A stretch of DNA of 64,000 nt from Felis catus (GCF_018350175.1 NC_058369.1:120714001-120778000); one strand, 5' to 3'; shown: positions 12,781 through 25,486, numbered from the stretch's first letter. Numbers and translations: made by a program. The notes: a model not told the origin generated them from the letters alone.

Positions 12781-13005
12781 GGGGCGCCTGGGTGGCTCAG
12801 TTGGTTGAGCGTCCCACTTCGGCTCAGGTCATGATCTCACGGTTCGTGAGTTCGAGCACCACATCGGGCTCTGTGCTGACGGCTCAGAGCCTGGTGCCTG
12901 CTTTGGATTCTGTGTCTCCCTCTCTCTGCCCCTTTCTTGCTCCTGCTCTGTCTCTCTCTGTGTCTCAAAAATGAATAAACGTTAAAAAAAAATTAAAAAA
13001 AAAAA
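12781..13005 (+). mobile_element. CanSINE
   Basis: TSD aaaagaggggtcaaca. Confidence 0.95.
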
Positions 13006-13112
13006 GAGGGGTCAACAAAAAAGTCAGTTCCAGTTAAATCTTTCTAAAGTCTAGTCATTTCAACACTTCAAACCATAAACCTTTCAAGGTTCTGGATATA
13101 TATAAATCAGGG

Positions 13113-13346
13113 GTTTTTTTTGTTTTTTTTTTTTTAATTTTTTGTCAACGTTTATTTATTTTTGGGACAGAGAGCGACAGAGCATGAACGGGGGAGGGGC
13201 AGAGAGAGAGGGAGACACAGAATCGGAAACAGGCTCCAGGCTCTGAGCCGTCAGCCCAGAGCCCGACACAGGGCTCGAACCCACGGACCACGAGATCGTG
13301 ACCTGGCTGAAGTCGGACGCTCAACCGACTGCGCCACCCAGGCGCC
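13113..13346 (-). mobile_element. Young SINEC_Fc-type SINE
   Basis: Flanked by taaatcaggg. Confidence 0.95.
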
Positions 13347-13364
13347 AGTAAATCAGGGTTTTTT

Positions 13365-13564
13365 AAAAAATTCTTTATTTATTATTTTTGAGACAGAGAG
13401 AGCGAGACAGGGTGCAAGTAGGGGAGGAACAGAGAGAGGGAGACACAGAATCCAAAGCGGGATCCAGGCTCTGAGCTCCCGACGCGGGGCTTGAACCATG
13501 AACCACGAGATCATGACCTGAGCTGAAGTCAGAGGCTTAACTGACAGAGCCACCCAGGCACCCC
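13365..13564 (-). mobile_element. CanSINE
   Basis: Flanked by taaatcag. Confidence 0.93.
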
Positions 13565-14229
13565 TAAATCAGTTTTTTTCATGGATTTAAGTCTCTCAGC
13601 AAGAAAACCCCTCCTTTGTAAAGATCTGACGAACAGAATCAGATAATTAACCTTATTTTATACAGTGTATACTCCTGAAGGGTAAATATTTTCCAGGCAG
13701 ATAAAAAGCAACCAACTGTCAGCCAAAGATAGCTGCAGACCAGTGTACCTGCAGAGTCCTGTAAAAAGACCCCATGCCTTCTGAAATCAGATTTTGACTT
13801 CAAGTTGGGAGGTCCCACGTGATACTCACAGGTGGAAAAAGACATCTGTGCTTTTTCATGGTGGCTATCCAACTGAATACTTGAAAGAAGAGATTTGGGG
13901 AAGAAATGTATATGAATGTGATTTTGATATATTTTCATTGTCACCGGTGGAAAAGCGCAAGACTGAAAATAAATCATGTGAGGGCCCCTTACTGATCTAA
14001 ACGATAGCTTCTTTTTTAAAAACCCAAACCGAAACACACGTGTCACCCACAGGGAACACAAAGGTTTTCTCTCTGTTTCCCCCACTTTGCTCCTCCACTT
14101 ATTAGGACAGTTTCTGAAACGCTGCCGAAGGGGCAGCAGCAGTATGACAGGAAAGCAAACTGTGCTTTGCGAGAAGGCTGGATTTTTATTGTTGCATTTT
14201 TAGACGAAAGATTTATGCTTATATTTTGG

Positions 14230-14497
14230 NNNNNNNNNNNNNNNNNNNNNNNNNNNNNNNNNNNNNNNNNNNNNNNNNNNNNNNNNNNNNNNNNNNNNNN
14301 NNNNNNNNNNNNNNNNNNNNNNNNNNNNNNNNNNNNNNNNNNNNNNNNNNNNNNNNNNNNNNNNNNNNNNNNNNNNNNNNNNNNNNNNNNNNNNNNNNNN
14401 NNNNNNNNNNNNNNNNNNNNNNNNNNNNNNNNNNNNNNNNNNNNNNNNNNNNNNNNNNNNNNNNNNNNNNNNNNNNNNNNNNNNNNNNNNNNNNNNN
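14230..14497. other. N run (268 nt)
   Basis: Undetermined bases. Confidence 0.99.
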
Positions 14498-15826
14498 GCC
14501 CTCCACACTTCCTCTCCTGGCCGCCTTACTTACCATTTTTCTATTACAAACTCCAATGTAGCTGGGAGTTCTTTTCTGCCTGAAGCAATTAGCATGACCC
14601 ACCAGTGCCTTTCTCCTGAACAGAAGAGAATTAACTCCACTAATATCCACTTCGACACAGGGTAATTCCCGAGGGTTTCCCAAAAACTCAACTGCAAAAG
14701 AAAAACTAACTTTCAGCTGCGGAGTATAACGTTCAAGAAATGTTCCCGACTGGAGGCAGAGTTGTTATCCTTTCGTGGACGACGCCTCAACCCTACCTAC
14801 CCACCACTTGTGCTTTTGGCCCTACTTCTTCCTGGGGATTCTGTGGGGGATATAGGACCGCCATGCTCAGGAAGCCTGCATCCCCAGGGCCTGCCTAGAG
14901 AGGACTGGTGGAAAATTGTGCAACGATCGAATGCAACAGTAGTCACTTCTGCAACCAAGCTGTTCTTCAAAAGGGATGTAATTTGCTTCCAGGTTTAAGG
15001 AAAAGGGAAGACAAAGACAGAGGGGGAAATGAACTTAGAATAAACACCCCCATGTGCCTGCCATTCCCCTACCAGCTGGTTTTGCCAAGACGAGTAAAGA
15101 AAAACGAAAGGGGAGAAACAAGTTTGAGTGAGTGTCCGGCGATTATACAAATAATGTCTTTTGGCCAAAGAAAATGATTCCTGCTTTCTTGCAACTTAAC
15201 TAAATAATTCAGTTGCTTTGCGAGGGGAACAAGAAAGCAAAGCCAACTTGAAAAGGATCCAGCAAGCCATCACTGCGACCCTGAGCTCTTTGAAAGAAAA
15301 TTTAACTACCTAGAATAGCACACTTAAAATTACTTCTAATAATGACCCAGAATAATGCATTTCCTCCGGTTTGAATAGAAAAGTCATGGGGGCCCACTTG
15401 AGGGGATTCTTTACTCGGCTTCTTCTTCAGGGTCTGCTCTCGGAGCCTTTTCCTGATTTCCTAACCTCTTAAGAGTCGTCTCTGACCCTCATTACAATAA
15501 CTGGATTAACGAACTGAAATTGCTCCCGGAGCAGGACTGTCCATTCCCCCAGACAAGCCTCTCGAGAGAGGAATTGTCCTCCTGGTCATCAGAATGTCAG
15601 CTTCAAGATCACACCAAGGGTCATCTCCAAAGACTGTCTCATGCTTGCCAATGTTATTATTCTACTGAAAGGTAGGCCAAGGAGCCAAATCTTTCCTTTT
15701 TCCCCATTATTAAACGGACTTCATTAATGAGTACACATTTGCACTCAACCCAAGCAACAAGAAACAGCCCCATGGAACAAATAAAAAATGCTATAATTTA
15801 TAATAATCAAGTCCACAGATATTGAC

Positions 15827-16363
15827 CTACACTAATCAATACAGTGGCCACCAGCTACATGTGGCTGAAACATGGCTAGTCTAAATTGAGATGTGCTATA
15901 AGTCTAAGATACACACTGGAACTGTGATGGCTTAGTACAAAGAAAAGAATGTAAAATATCTCAATAATTTCTTTTTTAATGTTTATTTATTTATTTCGGG
16001 AGAGATCATGCGCAAGCAAGCACATATGGAAGCTGGGGAGGGGCAGAGAAAGGGGGAGAGAGAAAATCCCAAGCAGGCTCCCTCTGTCAGCACAGAGCTT
16101 AACGCAGGGCTCGAGCTCACAAACTATGAGATCGTGACCCGAGTTGAAATCAAGAGTCGGAGGCTTAACCGACTGAGCCACTCAGGCGCCTCTCTCAATA
16201 ATTTCTTAATATTGATTGCCTGTTGATAACATTTTGGGTATATTGGGGTAAAGAAATGTTATTAAAATTAATTTCACCTATGTCTTTATATATTTTTAAT
16301 GTTTCTTCCCGAAAAATTTAAAATTACATATGTGGCTTGCGTTATATTTCTATTGGACAGCCG
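15827..16363. mobile_element. MER33 hAT DNA transposon split by a SINE
   Basis: ggctagtctaaattgagatgtgctataag...aaaattacatatgtggcttgcgttatatttctattggacagc matches recalled MER33. Confidence 0.8.
15970..16190 (-). mobile_element. CanSINE inside MER33
   Basis: TSD tctcaataatttctt. Confidence 0.94.
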
Positions 16364-17101
16364 CCATTATACCTTGGGTTTGGCATACCCTGCGAAGAAA
16401 ATCTGTCCCTTTGTCAACAGCTGCCAAAGGACAGGCACAACTTCCAAGGACAGCCACTCTTAGAGGAGCAATCAGCAGTTCATTGAGCGGGACAAAGGAA
16501 ACTGGAAAAGAGTTCATGGGCGGGAGTAGAAGTCGTTCCTACAGCCTCAGTTTTTACAGGAAGACAGGAGCTACGGGACACGTTCGAGTCCCCTTCCAGC
16601 TCCCGGCTCCTCCACATGGCGGTCACTCAAGTTCAAAAGCAAATAGCACCGCCACAAAATCGAGTGGGTCCACCAAGGTCTTCGAGAGGACAAAACAGGG
16701 AAGCGGAGCCCCTGCCACCGTGCAATGTCACCGTTGCCTGCTCTCCCTTCTGCCTGGGCAGGGCAGAGAAATGACTTCCTGCTGAAGCTATCCCAAAGAC
16801 TAACAGAAAGCAGGGTGGTCTTGTCACAGGAGAAGTACCAAATGACCTTAACGGGCCTCAGTTCAGAAGTGCTCAGACACTCCCAAAGGGAATACGGACA
16901 GTGGCAAGGCAGGCCCTCCACTACCCCGTGAGTAGAACACTCAGCAAAGTGCGGTCCACTTCGGATTCCGGCTGGCCTTTGACACGTGTCAACCCGTCCA
17001 CATTCTCTTCTCCCAGCACAAACGTCCTTTCCAGCCTGAGAAAGTTCCAGTTCCCTGCAAATGAGGATTACTTTGCCTTCATATTAGAAGAGGACAAGAG
17101 A

Positions 17102-17326
17102 GGGGCGCCTGGGTGGCGCAGTCGGTTAAGCGTCCGACTTCAGCCAGGTCACGATCTCGCGGTCCGTGAGTTCGAGCCCCGCGTTGGGCTCTGGGCTATT
17201 GGCTCGGAGCCTGGAGCCTGTTTCCGATTCTGTGTCTCCCTCTCTCTCTGCCCCTCCCCCGTTCATGCTCTGTCTCTCTCTGTCCCAAAAATAAATAAAA
17301 ACGTTGGAAAAAAAAAAAAAAAAAAG
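17102..17326 (+). mobile_element. Young SINEC_Fc-type SINE
   Basis: TSD agaagaggacaagag, long pure A tail. Confidence 0.96.
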
Positions 17327-18389
17327 AAGAGGACAAGAGTAAGTAAGCACTCATCCAAAGAGCCAGAAAAGCCACTCCTGTAAGTCTAATTCCCAGAGGC
17401 TGCAAATATGGTTTCCTCAGGCCGCAGGAAGGGCGCGAACACTGCCTCCCCTTTTGAACCAACAGACAAGGTCCACTGCCACTGAATTAAGTCACATTCT
17501 GATGGTAGAAGAGGAAACTCACGTGGAAAAAACACTAAACCCGGAGTCAGATCCTGGAGGCAAATGGGCTCAAGTGATGATGGCGAAGGTTAGAAAAACG
17601 AAAACACTGGCTTTGTATTCTGGCTCCGTCATAGCTGATACGTGACTCTCTAACATACAGACCACATAAGTGCCCAGTGCCCATCCACCTACTAAACATT
17701 AGCAGAGCTTATTTGTTTTTTATTTCCTTTTTTTAAAATTAAAAAAAAAATTAAAGCTTTCCTATTTTCCTCCCACACCGGTTTCCGACGGTCCGGTGTT
17801 TTACAACATTTCCGTCATTGTTTTTGCATCTTCTCCTATTATACTATGGCATGAGGACTACAGATGGGGAAGCTATTGCCGTGTGGTGACATTTATTGCA
17901 CAAGAGATACTCCTCACTGTATCCAGAAAGGACTACTCTCCTCACTCTTTCCCTGTTTATCTTTTCAAAGTGAAGTCAACTGATATAATTGCCTTTATGT
18001 CACAGCAGTTGGATTTCCCGGCAACTGGATTTAAATATGCATTTCTTTGCTTATTGATGTTTAGATCCCTGGAGCCTCCCTAGCAAATGGTATCGTCATT
18101 TATTATCTTTCTCCTCATACCACCCTCCCCCTGCCGTATTTGGGTAACTCCAGATTAAATTCTACTTTTCCTACCGCCATAAATCACAAATGTGCCTTCT
18201 AATGTTTTGAGCGTGAGGTACCTTCACACAACAAAATAAAGCCCTTGCAACATGATTACGGTGCTTACCAGGCAAAGCAGCGGAAAGCAAACCAATTTAC
18301 GTGGCATGTATTTTCACACAACTTAAAGAGGTAAGAAAATAAAAATATGTGTTGGTTGTCATTTAAACATTTCATCCCAACATAAATTT

Positions 18390-18411
18390 AATTTTTTAAT
18401 GTTCATTTATT

Positions 18412-18446
<35 letters not shown>

Positions 18447-18595
18447 GAGTGTGAGCAGGGGAGGGACAGAGAAAGAAGGAGACACAGAATCTGAAGCAGG
18501 CTCCCGGCTCTGAGCCGGGGCTTAAACCCAAGAACCATGAGATCATGACCTGAGCTGAGGTCGACGCTTAACCGACTAAGCCACCAAGGTGCCCC
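18390..18595 (-). mobile_element. CanSINE
   Basis: TSD tcccaacataaattta. Confidence 0.94.
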
Positions 18596-18739
18596 TGGTC
18601 CCAACATAAATTTAAAGGACAAACAAGAAAAGGTATCAAAAGCATGACAAGTTTGGGTGAAATCAAAGTCTGTTTCATAATTTATGACTATTCTCTTTCC
18701 CTTCTATTCATTGAAGTGCTTAAAAATTAAAGGAGCCCA

Positions 18740-18970
18740 GGGGCGCCTGGGTGGCGCAGTCAGTTAAGCGTCCGACTTCAGCCAGGTCACGATCTTGCGG
18801 TCCGTGAGTTTGAGCCCCGCGTCAGGCTCTGGGCTGATGGCTCAGAGCCTGGAACCTGTTTCCAATTCTGTGTCTCCCTCTCTCTCTGCCCCTCCCCCGT
18901 TCATGCTCTGTCTCTCTCTGTCCCAAAAATAAAATAAAAAACGTTGAAAAAAAAAATTAAAAAAAAAAAA
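18740..18970 (+). mobile_element. Young SINEC_Fc-type SINE
   Basis: TSD aaaaattaaaggagcccag. Confidence 0.96.
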
Positions 18971-20199
18971 TTAAAGGAGCCCAGAAGAAGTTCGGCTCAT
19001 AAAAACATTAGTACTACTCTTGCACTTGGATTCTAACTGAAACGGGAAAAATGAATACATAATGACCTCTGCAGTATAAATTGATTTTCAAATGTATGCT
19101 ATTTTTATTTGTCTGTAAAGTGGTGGTTGCTTGTCTCTAGGCTACGATTACATAAAACAAATGTCCCAGGATTAGCTTCCCTCTCTTTAGTTGTATTTCA
19201 CTGGGAGCTACTTCCTCCTTCCAGAAGCTTTTCATAGAACGGGCGCTGGTATCCCTTCATTGTCTTCAAAGGGTTTGGAAGAAAAGTGATCACAGCGGCT
19301 TACAGTCAACAAAGGCTGACTTTTCCCATCATGCTTTGTGGAAGCTTAGAGTCCAACTAAGAAGTCGAAGAATCAGACCCATTTAAGTGTTAAAGTTTTC
19401 TTGGACGCTAGACATTTATCAAATCTAGTTTCCTGGCCACTGTTGCCATAGCCATTTTGCCATCAGAAGATGTCATTAAGGAAAATGTCACAAGCAATTA
19501 GAATGACCACTGAAATGAGTTAGATTTGCTAGAAATATCTCCCTTTCAAATTTCTAACTCACATTCACTAATCAGGACCTGCCCATTTCTAAACGAAGAT
19601 CTTTTGATAGCCTAGGATAAGTAAATAGAACTCTAATGACCTGGGTGTTAAGATTTTTCATCTGGTGGTAAAGCTGAGAAACATTAAGGTCCTGAATTCT
19701 GAAGATGCAATTAGTTGAAACTTAATGAGCTGCAGAATGATAAATGACAGGGAAATGTAACTTTATATTTACAATTTCCTGACAAGATGAACTTTCAAAC
19801 ACAGCAAACTGAGCCCTACCCCAGGGCAATTTAACCTTTAAAAATACAAGCATGTGGAGGTAAGAAGTGGCATTTGGAGATGCACCTCTTGAAACTGCAG
19901 TGGTCTTCCAATTTAGCAACAGAAGCAACTTCAAATCCAAGGTCACTGCTTTGATTTGGATCCAAATGACCCTTAGGTATAGAGCTGGAACTCCCATTCA
20001 TTGAAATAATGGTTTCACACAGGAAATCCACCCCCACCCCCACCGCCACACATACACTCCCCCTCACATTTTCTCTCTCGTGCACATTTAGTCTTTGAAA
20101 ATATAGCTTATATATTTTGTGGAAGGCAAGAACTATAACCAGACAGAGAAAGGGAGGTTAAAAACATATTCAGATTTTTCTTTAAAAAAATATTTTTGG

Positions 20200-20429
20200 G
20201 GGGCGCCTGGGTGGCTCAGTCGGTTAAGCGTCGGACTTCGGCTCAGGTCATGATCTCGCTGTTCGTGAGTTCAAGCCCCGCGTCGGGCTCTGTGCTGACA
20301 GCTCAGAGCCTGGAGCCTGTTTCAGATTCTGTGTCTCCCTCTCTCTCTCTCTGACCCTCCCCCGTTCATGCACTGTCTCTCTCTCAAAAATAAGTAAACG
20401 TTAAAAAAAATTATTAAAAAAATAAAAAA
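20200..20429 (+). mobile_element. CanSINE inserted in the tail of the adjacent minus-strand SINE
   Basis: Inner TSD aaaaaatattttt. Confidence 0.95.
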
Positions 20430-20638
20430 TATTTTTTTAATGTTTTTATTTATTTTTGAGACAGAGAGAGACAGAGCATGAGCAGGGGAGGGGCAGAGAG
20501 AGAGGGAGACACAGAATCTGAAGCAGGCCCCAGTCTCCGAGCTGTCAGCACAGAGCCCGACGTGGGACTCGAACTCAAGGACTGTGAGATCACGACCTGA
20601 AGTCGGACGCTTAACTGACTGAGCCACTCAGGCGCCCC
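20430..20638 (-). mobile_element. CanSINE
   Basis: Outer TSD aaacatattcagatttttc at 20162 and 20639. Confidence 0.95.
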
Positions 20639-20873
20639 AAACATATTCAGATTTTTCAAGAATCATCACAAGAACAGTGTAATTTCTTTATCAGAAAGGC
20701 CTAGGGACCAGGGCACAGGGTTCTACAAAGAGCAAGGTATTCAGAGCCAATAGCTCTTAGAGAGTACGGGCTGCATTTCCTAGATTCTAGAGATACCCTC
20801 CACACCCTACCACGTTTCATTCGTTTAAAAATCAAAATCAAGATACATCTTATAATCAATGTATGAGAGTATA

Positions 20874-20875
<2 letters not shown>

Positions 20876-20916
<41 letters not shown>
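20876..20916 (+). repeat. (TG)n microsatellite
   Basis: About 20 units. Confidence 0.97.
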
Positions 20917-20918
<2 letters not shown>

Positions 20919-21211
20919 TTCTGCTGAAAGAGGAAGGAACCTAATACACATAATATAATCAGTGGCAATCAGACCGGTGAATTATCTGCAGTTACTAAAA
21001 TCAAATAGGAGCTCATTGTAAAGACCTATTATGATACAAATGAACAAACCACCTGTCTTTTTTCTCTGATTTTGTCCTTTTTCCTGCCTTTCCTTCCAAG
21101 TTTATTGCACAGTATGTGGTAGTTGCTATACTAGGCAACTAAATCAGAACATTTGGTGGAGTGGGCCATGATTAGGGTTTTTGTTTTGTTTTGTTTGAGG
21201 CTCCCCAGGTG

Positions 21212-21428
21212 TTTCTTTTTTTTTTTTTTAATATTTATTTATTTTTGAGAGAGAGACAGAGTGTGAGCAGGGGAGGAGTGGAGAGAGAGGCAGACACAGA
21301 ATCCCAAGCAGGCTCCAGGCCCTGAGCTGTCAGCACAGAGCCCGACGCGGGGCTCGAACTCACGAACCGTGAGATCATGACCTGAGCCGAAGTTGGACGC
21401 TCAACCGACTGAGCCACTCAGGCACCCC
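21212..21428 (-). mobile_element. CanSINE
   Basis: TSD ctccccaggtg. Confidence 0.94.
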
Positions 21429-21609
21429 AAGCCTCCCCAGGTGCTTCTAAAGCAAAAGGAGCGATGTACCCCATAACCAACAAGGAAGTGCAGTTTCACA
21501 ATGGTAAGAGAAGGGCAAATTAAAGGAAGTAAAATGTATGAAGCAACATCAACTCTCTGCCAAGCCTTTTGACCTTACTTCCTTTTTCCCATGACAATTC
21601 TTTCATCAT

Positions 21610-21730
21610 CAAAGTTTACTGAGTGCCAGCTATATGTCAGACACAGTGCTAGGTCTTGTATAGAGTGGTGAACAAGAAGGTAAGATGACTGCCCTAATTA
21701 TGCTTATTGTCGATGAGATAAATAGAATTT
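21610..21730 (-). mobile_element. L2 3' fragment
   Basis: tttactgagtgccagctatatgtcagacacagtgctagg. Confidence 0.65.
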
Positions 21731-22121
21731 TATAGCTTTGGAAGTGAAAGGGAAAATTTAAATTCTGACACTGAACACACCTGGATACCACTATCAGGGA
21801 GCTGGACTAGAATATGATTTGTAAGGTAAATTTGTTGCCCACCAATAGGCCTATAGGGCCAGGTAGGAAAAGATTATTTTGATGACCTGCTATTTCAGAT
21901 TATGTCACCAATGTCTACCCGTGAGGAAGAGTGATGGAAGTCTCTGAGAGTAGATGGGTGTCTGTCTTTGCCTCCACGATAATGTCTTGCAAATCTCTGT
22001 CATATGCTGAAGGAGTTTAAAGGCATGGCCACACTAAGCAGTCCACATGCTCAAAACATGGTCAATTAAACCTCTGCAAAGCACTAATCACAGTCTGGCT
22101 CCTTCAAAATTTTATTATGAA

Positions 22122-22124
<3 letters not shown>

Positions 22125-22167
<43 letters not shown>
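22125..22167. repeat. (TA)n microsatellite
   Basis: About 21 units. Confidence 0.97.
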
Positions 22168-22170
<3 letters not shown>

Positions 22171-22529
22171 TATATTATACTGTATCTGAGGTTAGGAAGC
22201 GTAATAATAAACAGACATCCACAAATGCACCAGCCATCCTAAGAACTGGTATGTTACCAATACCATTGAATGTACCCAGAGCACTTCTCTGTGCCAACCC
22301 TCTGTCTACCCCCCAGAGAGAACCACTGTCCTGAAGTTGAGGTTTAGAATTTCCTTACTTTTGAAAACAGTTTTGCTACATATATACGTATCTCCAAATA
22401 ATATATTATTTATTTTGGCTTGTGTTCGTGGTTCGTTCTGTATGTATTCTTCCATAGCTACGAGTCGTATATAGTCGTATATAGCTATTATGTTGTTGCA
22501 TTCATCTGTGGTTTATTAATTTCCTTTAA

Positions 22530-23640
22530 TGACAAAAAATAGCCAAAACTATAAAAACCAAAAGAAAACATAGGAATAAATCTTTGTTACCTTGAGTTAG
22601 GCACTGGTTTCTTAGATATACTAGCAAAAGCATTAAGTGACAAAAGAAAACAGAGACAAATTGGACTTCATCAGCATTGAAAACTTTGGGGCTTCAATGG
22701 ACACCACCAAGAAAATGAAAAGACAGTCCACAGAATGGGAGACAATATTTCCAAGTCCTATACTGGATGAAGGACTAATTAATATTCAGAATACATCAAG
22801 AACTCCCACAACTCAACAATAAAAAGGCAAATAACTCAATTAATAAATGAGTAAAGGACTTGAAGAGACATTTCTCCCAAGAATTTACAAAAATGAACAA
22901 TGAAAAGCACATGGAAAGATGTTCAACATCATTAGTCATTAGAGACACGGCAGTCAAAACCACAAAGGGATAGTTCATACTAAAAATGTCAAAGTGTTGA
23001 CAAAGATGTGGAGAAATTCAAACTCTCATCCATTGCTGGGGAAATTGCAAAATGGCGCAGCCACTTTGGAAAGTTTGGCAGTTCTTCAAAATGTTAGATG
23101 TAGAGTTACCATATGACCCAGAAATTCCATTCCAATGGATATGGCCAAGNNNNNNNNNNNNNNNNNNNNNNNNNNNNNNNNNNNNNNNNNNNNNNNNNNN
23201 NNNNNNNNNNNNNNNNNNNNNNNNNNNNNNNNNNNNNNNNNNNNNNNNNNNNNNNNNNNNNNNNNNNNNNNNNNNNNNNNNNNNNNNNNNNNNNNNNNNN
23301 NNNNNNNNNNNNNNNNNNNNNNNNNNNNNNNNNNNNNNNGAACCTGAAAGTATTATGCTAAGTGAACGAGGCCAGTCACAAAAGGATACATGTTACGGGC
23401 TTCCATTTATAGAACAATGTCTAAAATAGGCGAATCCATAGAAAGGGTAGAGTAATAGTTGCTGGGAGCTGAAGAGAGGGAGAATGTGGGCGTTACTGCT
23501 GAAAGATGAGGGATTTTTTGGGACATGACGAAAATGTTCTGAAATTAAATAGTGGTAATATCCTAAAAACCACAGATCTGAACATTTTAAATGGGTAAAT
23601 TCTGCAGTACGTGAAGTGTATCCTCAATAAAGTTGTTATA
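22530..23640 (+). mobile_element. L1 (L1MB/MC-like) ORF2 end and 3' UTR, containing N run 23150-23339
   Basis: ORF 22637..22822 resembles the ORF2 C-terminal region; ttaccatatgacccagaaattcc and tatgctaagtgaacgaggccagtcacaaaagg motifs. Confidence 0.88.
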
Positions 23641-23644
23641 TAAT

Positions 23645-24620
23645 ACAAAGAATTTCTGTGTACCCTTTATGTAGCCTTCAAATTATTAACATCTAACATA
23701 ATCACCATGAACTCATTAAGGCCAGAAAATTAATATTGATATAAACCATTTCCTATTCTACAGATTTTATTCAAAATTTTCCATTTGTCACCTAATAAGC
23801 TTTTTAGGGTCCTAGATCCAATAAAAGGTCAAGCATTGTATGTATTTAGGTTTCAAGTCTCCTTAGTCCCTCAGGTTGGGTTTTGTTTGCCTTCTTTTCT
23901 TCTTTCTCTCCTCCTTCCTTCCTTCCTTCCTTCCTTCTTCCTTCCTTCCTTCCTTCCTTCCTTCCTTCCTTCTCCTCCTTCTTCTTTCTCAACCTTCTTC
24001 CTCTTTTTTCTCTTCATCCTCTTCCTCTTCTCCTTCTTTGTCTTTGGTTTTTCGTGACCTTTTGACCAGTACTAGCAATTATTTTGTGAAATGTCCCCCA
24101 ATTTTAGTTTGCCTGGTGTTTCCTCATGATCAAATTCCTCTTAGACATTTTTTGAAAGAATATCACATTAGTGTTATTGTGTCTTCTTAGTACAATACAT
24201 CGGAGGCATATAATATTGATTTGTCTCATTAATGGTAATGTTAACTGAGATCATTTGGTTCCTACATGCCAGGTTTCTCTACTGTAAAGTTACTAATTTT
24301 TTCCTTTCATCATAAATATTTTGAAGGGGAATACTTTGAGACGACATTGATACCCTGTTTCTCTTCATAGTTTCACTCACTGAATTTAGCATCCATTAGT
24401 GATTCTTGCCTGAAACAACTATTACTGTACTATTTGCCAAATAATGATTCCATTATTCCTTATACATTTAGTAATGGGAATATCCCTCCATTCATTTTTT
24501 AATTCATTTGTTCATACCATAATGGACTCTGATTCTAAAGCAATGTGTATTCTGTTTTATGAAACAGAATAATCCTTATTGTAGGCTTTTGGTAGATTTT
24601 TTATCAAGTCAAGGAAGTCT
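23645..24620 (-). mobile_element. Old L1 (L1MC-like) 3' fragment containing a (CCTT)n tract
   Basis: ggtaatgttaactgagatcatttggtt...gccaggtttctctactgtaaagttact. Confidence 0.7.
23891..24040 (+). repeat. (CCTT)n/(CTT)n polypyrimidine tract
   Basis: About 150 nt almost purine-free. Confidence 0.95.
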
Positions 24621-24625
24621 CATAC

Positions 24626-25122
24626 TGTGCTAGGCTGAATAATCGCCCCTTCTCAAAGATAGTCAATCCTAATCCCTGGTACCTGTAAATGTTACTTTAT
24701 GTAGCAAATAAAAAAGGAAGAAAGGAATGGAGGAACAAAGGAGGAAGACACACTTTGCAGATGTGACTAAATTAAGCATTTCGGGAGATTATCCTGGATT
24801 ATCCAGAATGTCCCTAAATGCAGTCCCTAAAATGCCTCCTTATAAGAGGGAGGCAGAAGGATATTTGACCATAGACCAGAAGAAGTCAATGTGACCACAG
24901 AGACAGAGATTAGAATGATGTGGCCACAAGCCAAGGAATGCTAAGAGCCACCAGAAACTGGAAGTGACAAGGAATGTGTTATCCCACAGAGCCTCTAAAG
25001 GGAATGGGTCCTTGCTGACACTTTGATTTCTATTCTCCAGAACTATGAGAAAATAAATTTCTGTAGTATATGCCATCAAGTCTGTGGTAATGGTATTATA
25101 GTAGCCATAAGAAACTAATACA
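24626..25122 (+). mobile_element. Solo MaLR LTR (MLT1D-like), about 497 bp
   Basis: TG...CA ends; ggagattatcctggattatcc, aataaatttctg and gaaactaataca motifs. Confidence 0.88.
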
Positions 25123-25243
25123 GATATTGTTACTAGTTTGCCAAAAATCTTATCGTAAGTGCATTTTAATTCTATCAAATCCACTTTTCGCATCTATTTA
25201 GATGAAACAAAAATGTTTTTCTTTTTTAAAATTTTAGTGTGGT

Positions 25244-25450
25244 GGGGCACCTGGGTGGCTCAGTCCGTTAAGTGTCCAACTTCAGCTCAGGTCATGATCT
25301 TGCAGTTTGTGAGTTTGAGCCGCATCTCAGGCTCTGTGCCGACAGCTCAGAGCCTGAACCGTGATCCGGATTCTGTGTCTGCCTCTCTCTCTGCCCCTCT
25401 CCTGCTTGCACTCTGTCTCTGTCTCTCTCAAAAATAAACATTTAAAAATT
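25244..25450 (+). mobile_element. CanSINE
   Basis: TSD aaaattttagtgtggtg. Confidence 0.95.
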
Positions 25451-25486
25451 AAAATTTTAGTGTGGTGAATTTTATGATAGAATTTC

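Noticed and set aside
14167-14683. ORFs spanning N runs (also near 23.1, 28.1 and 47.4 kb)
   Set aside because: Open only because N codons contain no stops.
16330-17383. Cluster of longer overlapping ORFs (151, 116 and 160 aa)
   Set aside because: No recognisable domain. Open frames on both strands fit GC-rich DNA, and the ends run into MER33 and a SINE. Kept only as a regulatory candidate.
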